Shown: positions 9,421-21,200, counted from the stretch's first letter. The stretch is DNA of 32,000 nucleotides from Candidatus Saccharimonadota bacterium (GCA_965227835.1 OZ245768.1:1200001-1232000); one strand, 5' to 3'. A program made the numbers and translations. Notes: generated by a model not told the origin, from the sequence alone.

Positions 9421-11343
9421 CTAAACCTCCGTAATCATAGCTATAACCATAGGTTCTCTATCAATCTTTCTAGACATAAAAGACTCTAAATCTGTCCTTA
9501 TAATCTTTAATAAATCCTTTTCAGGAATATCAGGAACATCTTTTATAGTATTTTCATAAGTTTCTCTAGATTTTTTTATCAAACTTCTATGCACATTTTT
9601 AACTTCATCTAAATAAACAAGACCTCTAGTTTCAAGTTTTATATGCCCAATTATAGCTCTTGTTTTTTTATCTGCTCTATAATTTATAACCAAAACACCT
9701 GCTTCCATCATCTTCTCCCTAGCTTTCAACACATGTGATCAAGCTATACTCATAGCATATCAATCAATAACTATTTGCTGTATAGGAACCTTTATCTTAG
9801 ATTTGAATATATCTCAAGTATGGGGAGCAAAATCAACTATCTGACCATTGTCTAACAAAAGTATATTATCTTGAGGAAATCAAATACATGTAGCTGTTTT
9901 TCAGTGAATAGTCCTAAAATATAAATCTCAATAAACAGGCATAAAGTATTTTGGTTTTATCAAGTTTAAAAATATTTTTTGTTCTTCTTGAAAAGCATGT
10001 CATCAAGTATGATATTCTCAATCATCTTTTGTTAAAACATTTGCTCAAAGTTTTATCAGTTTATTTATAATGGCAACTACACTTCTATCATTACCCGGAA
10101 CTACACTTGATGAGAAAACTATAGTATCTCACTTTATTATCTCAACTGCACTGTGTGTTCATTCTGCCATCCTAGAAAGAGCTGAAAATTGTTCTCACTG
10201 ACTTCAAGTAGTTATTATAATTTGATTATGAGGAAGTATTCATTCAGTATTTTTAGGTGTCATTTTTTTTACAATACCAAGTTTAATATTTAAATAACCA
10301 AGTTTTCTAGCTATTTCGACATTTTCAATCATACTTCTTCAACTTAAAAATATGGTTTTTCAGTATTTATCAGAAATATCTATAAGTTGCTGTACTCTAG
10401 ATATCCAAGACGAAAAAGCAGCTATTATAAGTCTTCATCTTTTGTGATTTTTAACTATCTCATCAAGAGCTTCTCAAACATTTTTTTCACTCATAGAATG
10501 TCACTTCCTAGGAGAACCTGTAGAATCAGATAAAAAAAGAGTTATTCATCTAGATCATATTTCTCAAATTCTATCTAAATCAGCTGGAGAATCTATAGCT
10601 GGATTTAGATCTATTTTAAAGTCTCATGTATGTACAAATTTAACTCAAGTAGGAGACTCCATATAAAATCAAGCACAATCAGGAACAGAATGATTTACCT
10701 TGAAAAATTCAAAGCTAAGTTGTCATATTTTATGTCTTTTATTACTTCAAGCATCTACTTCTATAAGCACTGCTTTGTCCAAAACTCAAGCCTCTTCTAA
10801 TTGTTTTTTTACAAAACCTATTGTCAGTTTAGTTCAATATAAAGGAGGAAAACCCATTGCAGGATATACATGTTTTAATGCTCAAATATGATCAAGATGA
10901 GCATGAGTAATAACAAAACCTTTTATTTGTGATGTATATTTTGTAAGAAAAGAAACATCGGGTATAGAGTAGTTTACACCCGGTAAGGTATGATCAGTGA
11001 ATTGAACTCAACAGTCTATAAGTATAATATCTTCCCCGTATTGTATCATACTCATATTTTTAGAACCTGTTTCATCATTACCTCAAATAGGTATATATCT
11101 AGTATAACCTTCTCTAATAGTAGGAAGATAAAATTTAGTTTCTGGAAATTTTGATATAAATTTTTCTTGATAATTTATCTGATTTGTATTATTTCTATTG
11201 TTTTGATTACTTTGATTTGATATTTGGTTTTTATTATCTTGTGTATTTTTTGATATAGTTTGGGAAGAATCTTTTTTAAGATTCTCTGATCACAAAAGCA
11301 TATCGTCTAGTTCATTATCTAGCTCATTTAAAATATCTGTCAT
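9421..11343 (-). CDS. rnj: ribonuclease J (beta-CASP metallo-beta-lactamase RNase)
   Basis: 640 aa. THAHLDHIGA at 10879-10908, with the Gly encoded by TGA 10882-10884. Also VHTGDFK, ITTGSQGE and HTGGHA motifs. The C-terminus equals track ORF 9421..9732. Confidence 0.9.
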
Positions 11344-11658
11344 ATAGTTAAATATTAAGGTTTATAAAATTTATTGATAAAATTGGAACAAACAGTCATT
11401 AGAAAAAAAGACAAAGTTATTGAAACTAAAGGCAGTTAATGATAAAATTTTTTATCTTACTTGAATTTTAAAATAGAATCTTTTTGTTTATAGGTCTATG
11501 ATATGATTGTTTTTGAAAGAATTTTATTAAAAAGGAATTTAAAAAATTTATTTTCTTTTATCTAAAACAATTATATTGTTTTTTGTAAAAAATGCAAAAA
11601 ATAACAAAAAAATGTGGGATTAAAAAAATTTAACAATCAAAAAAGTATAATAAAATAT

Positions 11659-14058
11659 CTAGTTTTTTATAAAAAATGGTGTTATGATTCAAGAGAAATC
11701 AAAGGTTATAAAATAAGAACTCTTTATTTCTTCTAAATCATCTAAAGATATTTTTCATATATAAAGATCCTCTAGTTTTCATCAATTTTTTATAAAATCA
11801 TCTAGCTTAAAAAATCAGTTAACATATAGACTATCTTTTGTGAAAATTCATTCATCTGAAAAACTACCCATTCATCTTTTTAGTCTGAGTATGTAGTTAA
11901 AAACTTTTTCTAAATCTCAATTATAATATTGAATCATTTTTTCTAAAAGGTTTTTGTAGGAATTATTCAAAGCATAGCTTAAAAAATAGTATCTTTCAAA
12001 TATAGAGTAAAATTTCCTATCAGATTTTCAAAGAAATCTATTTTGGTTATATATAGCGACAGCCTCTTCTATTTCTAAATAGTTAGCAGTTCAAGAGCTA
12101 AAAATTTTATACTTTATTTTTTTTCAATTAATTCTTCTAAGATAGTGTCATTCTATTTCATGTGCTATTATACTTCTAAGTTCTTTTTTTCAGACTTTAG
12201 CTCAATTTCTAACATAAAGTATATTTCATTTCATCACAAATCTAGCAACTTTCAAACCTTTTTTTAGTTTTATATCTATTTTATAAATATGATTAAATCT
12301 CTTTATAAAATCATTTATTTCATTGAAATTTAGATATTCTTCTTCAACAATCAGAGGCTTTTTTTTATTTATTAAACTATCACAATAATCAAGACTATCT
12401 AGGTTTATATTACCATACAATTTAAGAGAATAGTTTGTAAAAGACTTGTAATCTTTGTTTTCAAATGCTCTCAAAAACATTATTTTATTTTTTATTTCGC
12501 TGTGTTTTCTTTTGTATAGTGAAGATAAAGGAATATCTGATATTTCTATTTTATTGAGTTTTTTTTCAAGCTCATCTAAATTTATATCAAGTTTATTATA
12601 CTCAAATTTGGGTATATATTTTCAAGAAGATTCTATGAATTTGTTTTTCTCTGTTAATATATTTTTTGGTTTTACAGATTCTATTATATTTAGTTTTTTG
12701 TCTATGTTTACTATATCATTATCAATGTTTTTCAAAAGTTCTTCATAGTTTCTTTTTATAGCTATATTTTTTGTTCACTGATTGTCTCAAAGGCTTCAAA
12801 TAGGAAATTCTCATTTTTTATATTTAAATGGATCAAGCAAAAATCATCTAAGAGATATTAATCATAATATTATGTTGGTTTTTCATAAATCATTTATAAT
12901 AAACTTTGTCTTCTTTTTTTCTCAAAGTAGAATTAAATCTAGTTTAATGCTTCATTTTGATATTTGAGAATCACTTAGCTTCAATACATTTTTAGCAAAA
13001 TCTATATCTATACAACTTTGTAAAACACTTGGCTTTATCTCAGAGATGTATTTGTATGTTTTATTTTCATAAATTATATGTAAATATTCTCTAGATCATA
13101 AAACTTTTTTTCATGAAATGCTTTTAATTTTATCTTCTATATCTCAAGAAAAAAGATCTCTTCAGAGTCTAACTCATTTTTCTACACTGTTTACAAATAT
13201 TCCATCAACTTTTTTTAGTCTATCTTTTAAAGGAGACAAATTTGCCATTTGTAGTTCTAAGCCAGGTCTTATATTAAGTTCTAAAACTAAAGGTCATTTA
13301 TTTTTATCCAAAACTATATCACAACCTAAGTATCATATCTTGCTAACTTGCTGGGTTTTTACTGCAAGAGACAATGCTTCTTCCCAATTTGGCAGTTTTA
13401 GTCATCTTACATCTCAAATACCAGGTATTGATTTTATAATATTTGTATTACTTGTTATATAGGTTAGTTTTCAAGTACCTATATCAATTCCAACTCAACA
13501 TGCTCAAGAGTGTATATTTGCTTTTCATTTAGAAAGTTCAGTAGGAACTCTAAGCATAGCCATCACAGGGACCATATTAAAAACTATTACCCTAATATCT
13601 GGTAGTCAATATTTTCATAGTAGCTCTATTTCTTCATCTAGCTCAACCTTTTTTTCTATTATTATCTTGTCTCTGTTTCAACTTAAAGAATAAAATCAAT
13701 CTAGTATATTTGAAAAATGTGATATCATATCTTTTTTTTCAAAATATTCATAATTGTTTGTAATATATTTACCTTGTGATGAAATTTGAGTAAAAATAAG
13801 TATTCATCTGCCACCAAAGCCCCCACTTGGTTTTACCACAAATGGAGGAATTAGTTTATCAAAAATACTATAATCAAGCATTTCATGGTTATCTAAAATC
13901 TCTATTGTATCTGGAGTTTTTATAAGATTTGTTTTTAAAAATCTTTTAGTTTTTATTTTAGAATCTGCCAGATTTTTCGCTATTTTATTATTATATCATT
14001 TTATATAATCTAGATTTCTAGCATTTTGACCTAAAAGTCAGTATGTTTTGAAAAACAA
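11659..14058 (-). CDS. fusion protein: alpha-L-glutamate-ligase-like ATP-grasp domain plus DUF1704 (QEGLA / MATCAP-like carboxypeptidase) domain
   Basis: 799 aa. N-terminal half has LLGQNARNLDYIKGYNNKIAKNLADSK, VVKPSGGFGGRGILIF, DIRVIVFNMVPVMAMLRVPT..SKGKANIHSGACGVGID and GCDIVLDKNKGPLVLELNIRPGL. C-terminal half has IIAHEIEGHYLRRING and ANYLEIEEAVAIYNQ. Same frame as track ORF 12226..12480. The first in-frame ATG is codon 60, inside the conserved region, so I infer a TTG start at 14058. Confidence 0.7.
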
Positions 14059-14063
14059 AATAA

Positions 14064-14969
14064 TTAATTATTCAAATATTTTTTAGATGAAAAATATCAA
14101 CTAAATGCTCAAATTGTTATGAACAGTAATAATTCCAGAGGAAATATTTTTGAAGCATTTTCAAGTACAAATTCCAAAGAATAGTCTATTCAAAATAGCT
14201 TTGGAATTCATAGTTTTATAAAGAAGTAAAAAACACTAACACTAATACAAAAGGCTATTATGGAATATATAGCTCATTGAAGGCTGAAAGGTCAATATAT
14301 AAACGCTTTGCTTCATCATACTAACTTAGTTATATATATTTCTTCTCTGTAATAATATATAAAATTTCATATTATAGAGTATGTTATTATTCATATAGCA
14401 AAAACAAAAATTCAAATTATAACATAAACTCATATTCCTAAAGATTTTAGTTTTTTTATAACTCATGTGATTCTAGAGTATTGTGATTTATAACTTGAAA
14501 ATATATCATTTTTTCTATTAATTTGGTCGTCTCAAAACAAATAAAGTTTTCATTCTATTATATAGTTTATTTTTTCATAGTCACTTAAAGGTATTTGGCT
14601 TATTGTAATAGTATTTGGAAGGGGATTTTGTTTTTCTAAAATTCTTACAAGTTCTATATCTTGTTTTTTTATATCTTCAAGGACTTCTTCTTGTGATCTA
14701 TATTTTATTTCTGAAAAAGAAGATTCTTCTCTAAGTTTTGATATCAAATCTATTACATCTTTTGAGTTTTTATCATATTTGGAATCTAGGTATAAAGATA
14801 TACTCATCTTATTGTTTACATAATTTATAAGTTCAAAACTTGTGTGGTGTAAAACAAGAAGTAGGTTTATAAAAAACATAAGCAAAGTAAGAACAAGTAT
14901 AGAAGATATACTTAAAAATTTATTTCTTAATATATTTTTTATGGAATATTTCAAAATTCTTTTAAACAT
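14064..14969 (-). CDS. ftsX: cell-division ABC-type permease-like protein FtsX
   Basis: 301 aa. Track ORF 14550..14969 forms the N-terminus (TM1 plus periplasmic domain). It continues through TGA into ITKLVGGSKAFIYGPFSLQGAIYS and three further TM helices. Stop is TAA at 14064-14066. Confidence 0.8.
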
Positions 14970-15171
14970 ATTTTTTAGTTAGTTTTTTTGTTATTTTAAT
15001 ATTCTATTTTGTTTTGGGCTTTTTGCAAGAAGTGAGAGAACTTATTAAAGGGGCCTCTGCAAAATTAACATCTATTAAAAAGTAATCTTTTTTCCTAATT
15101 TTCACCAGAGAAATTTTTGGCTTAGAATAGCTAAACAAAAAGTTTTATTCTTATAAAAAATAAGATTTTAG

Positions 15172-16113
15172 CTAAAATTCTGTCTTTATGTCATCTTTTA
15201 TTATTTCTAGCATATCTTTTTTTAATGGAGCTACAAACTTATCTTTTTTTCAGTAAATATCAATATCAATAAAATAAGCATGAAGGGCTTGTCTTTTTAA
15301 TCAATAAGTATTTTCAACTTGTTTGTTAATTTTTGTATTTCAATACTTTTTATCTCAAATTATTGGATAACCTAGTCATGATAAATGTATCCTTATTTGG
15401 TGTGTTCTACCTGTTTCTAGTTTAAGCATAAGCAAACTATATTTGTTATCTATGTGTTTTAAAAATTTTCAATGAGTAATTGCTAATTTGGGATTTATGG
15501 GGTTATCTAGAGTCATTTTCTTTTTATCTTTAGAATCTCTACCAACATAACTTTCTATTTTGAATTTTTTTTTATTAAATAAAGGACTAACAATAGCCAA
15601 ATAGTATTTTCAAATCTTTTTTTCTTTTATTTGTTTTGATAAACAAGACATCATTTTGTCGTTTTTCGCTACCATAATTAAACCAGAAGTATCCTTATCT
15701 AATCTATGAACTATACCAGGTCTTTCAACTCCGTTTATACTGGGTAGATTTTCTCCACAGTGATGTAATATTCAGTTAACCAGAGTAGAGCTCTTGCCTC
15801 ATTCTCAGGGAACAGGATGAACATTTATTCATGAGCCCTTATTTATTATAATAATATCTTTATTTTCAAATATTATATCTAAGTCCATTTTCTCAGGAAA
15901 AACTCAACTTAAAGAATTTATTATTATTTCAATATCAATCTGATCTCTATCTTTAATTTTAATATTTTTTGTAACAATTTCTCAATTAACCTTAATTTGT
16001 CATTTATCTATTATGTTTTGAATGTAGCTTCTAGAAAAATCCTTAAAAAGAGCAGATAAATACATATCTACTCTTACTTTATTGTCTGAATATACACAAA
16101 AACTGTATTTCAT
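15172..16113 (-). CDS. rluD: RluA/RluD-family 23S rRNA pseudouridine synthase with N-terminal S4 domain
   Basis: 313 aa. [10 protein letters not shown] (S4-like), [20 protein letters not shown] (catalytic Asp motif), [12 protein letters not shown] and LHAY. Start and stop are in the same frame. Confidence 0.85.
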
Positions 16114-16201
16114 TTTGATTATTCCTTAATATCTCATCTAAAGGAAGACAAAAAAGATTTAAAAGAAAAAGAATTATTCAGGTTGTAATTAAATTTACTG
16201 C

Positions 16202-16606
16202 CTACAATCAAAGGTTTTTCTTTATTTCTTCTTCTTTAGCTTTATCTTCTTCTTCTTTAGCTTTATTTTCAGCTTCTGATTTGTATAAGTCTCATAGTTG
16301 TAACCATTCTGTTTGTTGCTTTGTAAGCAATTTCTTGATGTCTTCAGGGTGTTCTTTTGCTAGTTCTTTAAACTTCTCTCTTTCTTCTACAAAAACTTTT
16401 TTTAGTTCATCAAATTGAAACTGACTTAAGGTAGGAACAGCATCAACTACCCTTTTTTTCTCTTGGGTATTTAAAGATAAACTATGTTTTAAGAGGTCAA
16501 GAAACTCTTGTACATCTAGAACTATTTCTGCTCAATGTTTCTTTAATAGCTCTAAAATTATTATATCAACTTCTTGTTCTGTTATTTGCAATCATGAATC
16601 TGACAT
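16202..16606 (-). CDS. hypothetical acidic helical protein, 134 aa
   Basis: ATG at 16606, TAG at 16202-16204, four in-frame TGA. K/E-rich C-terminus. No family recognised. Confidence 0.5.
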
Positions 16607-16702
16607 AAACTTGAAAATTATTTTTTAAACATTAGCATTATACTAATATTTTATCTATTGCAATTTTTTAAAGAAAAAAACTTAAAAATAAGGTTTCAAA
16701 AA

Positions 16703-17269
16703 ATGTCAACATTTAAAGATTCAGCTATTGTTTTAAAGTTACACAAAAGGGAAAAAATGAATTTTACCTATCAGTTATTAAGTGAAAAATTTGGAAAAAT
16801 ATTAGCAACAAAAAAAATAAGTTCTAGAGAAAAGATTATTGATTTATGATATTATATAAATTATGAGATAGAAACAAAAGGTGAAAATGGAGCAAATAAA
16901 ATGAAAAATGTAAAAATACTAAGACAATTTAACTATGAGAGCAAAAGCTTTGATGAGATAAATTGGTTTTTGTTAATGATATCAACAATATTAAAAAAAA
17001 TAGAGTTTGGTGTAGATAATATAAAAATAAATGATGTAATAAAAGAAATAATAAGTTATAAAAAAGATGATTTGATAGAAAAGATAGTTTTAGCAATTTT
17101 GAAAATAATAAACTTACTTTGAGAACTTAATATATATCACAAAAATATAAAAATAAAAAAAATACTTCTTTTTTTAAATAATAATAATTTTAAGGAAATA
17201 TTAAAATTGTCATGAATAGATGAGGAAACAAAAAAAGAGCTACAATCAGTTGTTTATAAATTTTTGTAA
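16703..17269 (+). CDS. recO: short RecO-like protein (tentative)
   Basis: 188 aa, formed by joining track ORFs 16658..16849 and 16901..17122 through TGA. The N-terminus FKDSAIVLKLHKREKMNFTYQLLSEKFGKILATKK resembles the RecO OB-fold start, and a later AILKIINLLGEL helix fits. No Zn-finger region is present. Confidence 0.4.
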
Positions 17270-17431
17270 TAGTTAGTAAATTTGAAGGTTTATTTTATTG
17301 TTTAATGAAGTTGTACAATTTTCATAAAAAATATTAAAATTTAAAACAATAAAAATAACATAAAATTACCTCAAATATCCTTATTTCTCCTATATTGGTT
17401 TTATAAAAGATGAATAATTTTGAAAATTTAT

Positions 17432-17459
17432 TTGACATTTATGTTTTTGTTAATATAAT
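17432..17459 (+). promoter_or_regulatory. consensus sigma70-type promoter
   Basis: TTGACA (17432-17437), 16-nt spacer, TATAAT (17454-17459). It lies about 200 nt upstream of the ATG at 17663. Confidence 0.5.
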
Positions 17460-17465
17460 TTAGTA

Positions 17466-17662
17466 TAGTTTTAGGGGGTAACAATCTACACTTAATTTAT
17501 AATAATATAAATATAGTTATAATTAAGAGTAGATATTCTACTTGCTAAACCGATTCGAGAAACCAATATGCTAGTAAAGATTTTTATTAACAGATTGGTT
17601 TCTCGAATAATCGAGTACCACAATCAATTATCTAAACATTAAATTTCAAAAGGAGGTAAACC
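17466..17662 (+). promoter_or_regulatory. long structured 5' leader (candidate cis-regulatory RNA, class not recognised)
   Basis: Perfect 15-bp stem attcgagaaaccaat (17553-17567) with attggtttctcgaat (17594-17608). GTAGAT at 17529-17534 can pair either with ATCTAC at 17484-17489 or with TCTAC at 17537-17541, which are mutually exclusive helices. A G-run lies at 17474-17478 and SD AGGAGG at 17651-17656. Confidence 0.35.
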
Positions 17663-18106
17663 ATGTTTGGAATAATAATAGCTATAGTTATTGCAGTATT
17701 TACAATTTTCGTCAGTAGCAATACTATGGAGGTTGGTTTCATTTCTGCCCTAGATTTTCTTTGGGTATGGTACTGGATTTGGACTGTATTGCAGGGGCTT
17801 ATCATAGCATTTATTATGCTGATCATTACAGGGGTTCTGACTTTCTCTGGAGCTAATATCCTAAGCTCAAAAGCTGGTGCTTTTTTGGGGATTGCGGCAG
17901 GTGGAGCATTATCAATATTATTTGTTACAAAACTCGCAATAAGAAGTATATTATTATTAGGTGGGGTTTACCTACTAATGACATCAGGAAATGCAGAAAT
18001 GACATTCTCTGAATTTGATAATACAAAGCTGATCTTTGGGGCAATTTTGCTTCTAATAGGTCTAATTATGTCTAAAAACTCCAGTTCATCTTCTTCTAGC
18101 AATTAG
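17663..18106 (+). CDS. small polytopic membrane protein (4-5 TM, Ser-rich tail), unknown function
   Basis: An intact 147-aa ORF even under the standard code. It has a strong SD, a consensus promoter and a strong terminator. There are 14 Gly codons, none of them TGA. Confidence 0.8.
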   Translation: MFGIIIAIVIAVFTIFVSSNTMEVGFISALDFLWVWYWIWTVLQGLIIAFIMLIITGVLTFSGANILSSKAGAFLGIAAGGALSILFVTKLAIRSILLLGGVYLLMTSGNAEMTFSEFDNTKLIFGAILLLIGLIMSKNSSSSSSSN

Positions 18107-18123
18107 GATAATTAAACGGTTTT

Positions 18124-18153
18124 AGAGTGGCACCGTAAGCCACTCTTTTTTTT
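18124..18153 (+). terminator. rho-independent terminator
   Basis: agagtggc (18124-18131), accgtaa loop, gccactct (18139-18146), then T7 (18147-18153). Confidence 0.8.
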
Positions 18154-18368
18154 GTCTGAAATTCTAGTATATAATTCAACATACACTAAAAATTAATATG
18201 ACAACTAAAATCAAACCCGTGTGATGTAATATTTTAAGTATTAGTTAATGGAAATAATTAATAATCATTTTTATTTTAATATTTTCTAGAATGTCAACAT
18301 TTTTTACTTCTATATTTTTTAAACTTATGATAAAGTTAATACAGATATATTTAAAACAAAAACAAAAA

Positions 18369-21200
18369 ATGTGAAATAAAAAATTTAATATAGTTTTTTT
18401 CAGCTTAGTTTGATACTTTTTTTTAATTGCTACAAGCTTTGCTTGAGCTCTTTCATGAACATCAAGATACAGTCAAACTCAAAACAAAAAAGAAGAAACC
18501 CAAGAAGTATGACTTTTAGAAACCATCAAAGACTTCTTTTTCAGCTTAGTGAGTTGGATATTCCTATGAATAATAATATTTCTGCTTTTTTATATTATTG
18601 TAAAAACGATAAGAGTAGCTTTTGAGGTATATTATGCAAAAAATATAAGATATTTGAAGATAACTCTACCAAGAGCAGACTCAAAACTAGATAAAGAACA
18701 AGAAACAAAAAAAGATTTTAAAGAAAAACTAGGAATGATGAGTATGTTTTACAAAGCTATACATAAACTATCTGAAGCTGGACTAAAAGATACATTTTTA
18801 AATACAATATTTTGACATTCAAAAATATCCCTAGAACTTGTTTATGACAAATGAGAAGTTTGCTTTTTTATAACAACATATACAAACTATGTAAGTCTAG
18901 TAATGCAACATCTAACCTCTGTATACAACAACGCAGAAATAATAGTATATGAATGAGTAAAAGACTATGTTAATCTAAAAGAAGAATGATACAGTCTGAG
19001 AGCTGCCTCTCTATGAAAAGAAAAAGATGATTTTTTTCCTATCAAAACCTATAAATACTTAGAAGATGATGCCATAAATAATTTCACAAATGTTTTTTGA
19101 TGATTAAACAAAGATGACAAGGCTGTTTTTCAAATGGTAATAAAACCTGAACCATCTAGTTATAACAAAAAAGCAAAAGAAGCAGCATCAAAAGTAGCAA
19201 AATGAAAGTACAAGGCAAACAAAAAATCAACTTTACAATTTTTATGGAAACCCTTTTGACTTCTTTTTAACCCAATAAGAATAATTTTTGAATGATCAGA
19301 TGCTGCAGTAGCAGATCAAAATAATGCACCATGAGCAAGCCAATGAGATTCTTATAAGATATTCAACCAAGCTGAAACAGAAAGTCAAAAATTGATGTGA
19401 GAAGCTGCTAGCCAACCTGTTTTTGAAACCAGCATAAGAATACTTGTTTCTAGTAAAGACAAACAAAAATCAGAAGATTGAATACATGCAATAGTTGCAG
19501 CTGCTTCTATATTTACAGATGAGTACAATAATGCTTTGGATAACCCTCAAATAATAGAAGATGCTATACCTTGATTGATAACAAAAATAAGATATTTTGC
19601 TTTTAAATACAAACTTGTATGATTTTTACAAAATATATCTTATCTATCAACGGATGAAATAACAACGATTTATCATATGCCTGATATAACTTATAATAAA
19701 TCCCCTATTATAAAATGGCTTGATTATAAAAAACTAGCTCCCCCTCATAATTTAAAAATACCTAAAGAACCTACTTATTTGACAAAAAAAGATCCAAAAA
19801 CAGGAGAAACAAAAAAAATACATATGCACCTCTGAGGTTTTCCAGTTTACAGTGATGGTGTTTTATTGGGATGGAATGAGTATAGAAACAAAAAGACACC
19901 TATATATTTTTCAAAAAAAGACAGAGGAAGACACCAGTATGTTTTATGAAAATCTGGTTGAGGTAAATCTGTATATATAGGTTATCTAGCTAGACAAGAC
20001 CTGCGGAATTGAGAATGATTTTGTGTAGTTGATCCTCATGGAGATTTAGTAGAGGATGTATTGGCATATACACCAAAAGAGAGGGCTAAAAATATTACTA
20101 TTTTTGATCCTGCTGACACAGAGAGACCTATGGGACTTAATATGCTTGAAGTAATATCTAAAGATCCAGATGCTAGAAAAAGAGAAATGGATAGAGCCGC
20201 AATGGATGCAACAGAGATATTTATAAAAATATTTGGTGATGAAATATTTGGTCCAAGAATACAGCATTATTTTAGAAATGGTTGTTTGACTTTAATGGAA
20301 GATAGTGAAGATGGATGAACACTTATAGATGTACCTAGACTTTTTGTAGATGATGCTTTTATGAAATACAAAGTTTCTAAAGTAAAAAATCCTGTAGTTA
20401 AATCATTTTGGGATCATGAATATGCAAATACTTGAGATAGAGAAAAACAAGAAATGATACCTTATTTCTCTTCTAAGTTCGGTCCTTTTGTAACAAACAC
20501 AACTATAAGAAATATAATATGACAACCTAAATCTGCTTTTAATATAAGAGAGTTAATGGATAACCAAGGTGTTTTACTTGTAAATCTTTCAAAAGGTAAA
20601 ATAGGAGCTTTAAATGCTCAGTTACTTTGACTTATTTTCGTATCAAAGATAAATATGGCAGCTATGAGTAGGGCAGATATACCTCAAGATCAAAGAAAAG
20701 ATTTTTATTTATATGTAGATGAGTTTCAAAATTTCGCTACAGAAACTTTTTGAGAAATATTGAGTGAGGCTAGAAAATATAAACTAGCGTTGATTATGGC
20801 TCATCAATTTATAGCTCAAATTTGATGAAATTGATCACAAAAATGAGATAAACCTTCTATTAAAGATGCTGTTTTTGGTAATGCTTGAACACTACAATCT
20901 TTCAAAGTATGAGCAGATGATGCTGAATATTTAGAAAAAGAATATGCCCCTTCTCTTTCTCAGCAAGACATAATAGGTGTTGCTAACTTTACTACGTATG
21001 TAAAACTAAACATAGATAATGCATCAAGTAGACCTTTTGATATAAAAACAATTTGGGATCAGGCTTATGAATATGAAAAAGCTAAAAATGGTGTAACAAT
21101 AGCTGAAATAGTCAGAGAATACTCTAGAAAAAAATACTGAAGAAGAAAAAAGTTTGTGGATTTAGAAATAGAAGCAAGGCTTTGAATAAAATCCGAGTAA
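18369..21200 (+). CDS. membrane-anchored P-loop ATPase, type IV secretion coupling-protein-like (VirD4/TraD/TraG-like)
   Basis: 943 aa. Two N-terminal TM helices. Walker A GKSGGGKS at 19947-19970 (two Gly are TGA), followed by CVVDPHGDL. Walker B YLYVDEFQNFAT (DE at 20718-20723). ARKYKLALIMAHQFIAQI. It runs through track ORF 20061..20318 in the same frame. Stop is TAA at 21198-21200. Confidence 0.7.

Noticed and set aside
17547-17615. The GC-richer palindromic segment as a tRNA or other small RNA gene
   Set aside because: It forms a single long hairpin with no cloverleaf, no T-loop GTTCRA or anticodon arm geometry. It lies inside a promoter-to-SD leader, so it is treated as a cis-element instead.
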